From contig JAPDFW010000044.1 in assembly GCA_028826165.1 (NCBI GenBank), forward strand, positions 658,774 to 722,773: a DNA stretch of 64,000 bases, read 5' to 3'. This DNA comes from Anaeramoeba ignava BMAN (lineage: Eukaryota; Protista; Anaeramoebae). The translations under genes and the position numbers were made by a program. Each line of letters opens with the position of its first letter. Position 1 is the first letter of the stretch. This document shows positions 63,401-64,000 of this stretch, piece after piece. The notes below the pieces were generated by a model that worked only from the letters and a program-made list of their open reading frames with translations, was not told the origin of the DNA and made no database searches.

Positions 63401-64000
63401 AAAAGGAAAAAGAAAATATAAGTTTTTATCAATGGGATATTCAAGAATTAATAACACAAAAATTAAGAATGCAACAAAGTTCTGAATCTTTTTAACTCTT
63501 ATCTTTATTCTCAATTAATTAAGAAGTTGGAAACAATTTTTGCAATTTTATTGAGTTATATTATGGTTAATGATAATTTTAAGTTAATTTTAACAACAAA
63601 CAAAGAAGAGGAAAATTTTGGAAACAAATTTTTGAATCAATCCAAATTCAACCTTATCGTAAAATTCAGAAATATCAATTTGATAATTCCGAAATTCCCA
63701 TTTTTCCATTATTTTTATGAAGTTATAACAGAAGATTATCATCAAGAAAACAAAGATATTTTGAAAGATATTGTTGATGAACCAATTGAAAATTGGTCAA
63801 AAATATTCTAAACGGAAAAATATTTTGAAAAATATCTGATAAATTTCTTGAATGATTTGATTGAAATTTCATTTAATGAATTTGAAAAAGAATTTTCAAA
63901 GATTATATCCGAGATTTCCAAAAATTTATTTTACATTTTGAAGAATCAAAAATCAAATCATTAACCAAGTTTTCATTAAGAGAAATTTATCAAAAAAATT
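54477..64000 (+). CDS. RNF213: RNF213/mysterin-like giant dynein-type AAA+ protein (partial; about 10 or more apparent frameshifts)
   Basis: SGETGCGKTALI, FFDELNT, IAAINPYR, YRVHKIP, SLRDV, IPLFIIGKPG|TSKS (intron 60972-61050), QCSPITT..GI, VILDEVALAELSPDLPLKALH, ISNWVLDP, RDFYY, LYDLLNQNY, PAILNRFEK. Confidence 0.85.

Noticed and set aside
1-64000. Alternative genetic code, inteins, tRNA or rRNA genes
   Set aside because: Conserved genes read cleanly in the standard code and end in TAA; no Hint/intein motifs or structured RNA signatures were recognised by eye.

Overview
Very AT-rich, gene-dense eukaryotic (protist) genomic DNA. It uses the standard genetic code and short GT-AG spliceosomal introns, several of them expanded by microsatellites. 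The expanded ANK-BTB, RCC1-BTB and TLDc families, TCATTTT initiator-like motifs and composition suggest a metamonad such as Anaeramoeba; this is inference only. Housekeeping genes: focadhesin-like, STAG/Scc3, a Rho-family GTPase, RPB10, maspardin, Sec23/24-like and alpha-COP. These are interleaved with a ubiquitin/immunity-like set: three ankyrin-BTB genes, two RCC1-BTB genes plus fragments, a ~999-aa MLKL-like 4-helix-bundle/EF-hand/U-box/TPR/TLDc gene and an RNF213 (mysterin)-like AAA+ gene that runs off the window. The most striking observation is invisible in the ORF track. The minus-strand ankyrin-BTB gene at 6048-8474 is built from 96-nt ankyrin exons separated by pairs of 3-nt (single-codon) AG|NNN|GT microexons, seven in total. 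They encode exactly the variable beta-hairpin-tip residues of each ankyrin repeat. Many ORF breaks elsewhere are 1-nt homopolymer indels and are probably assembly errors.
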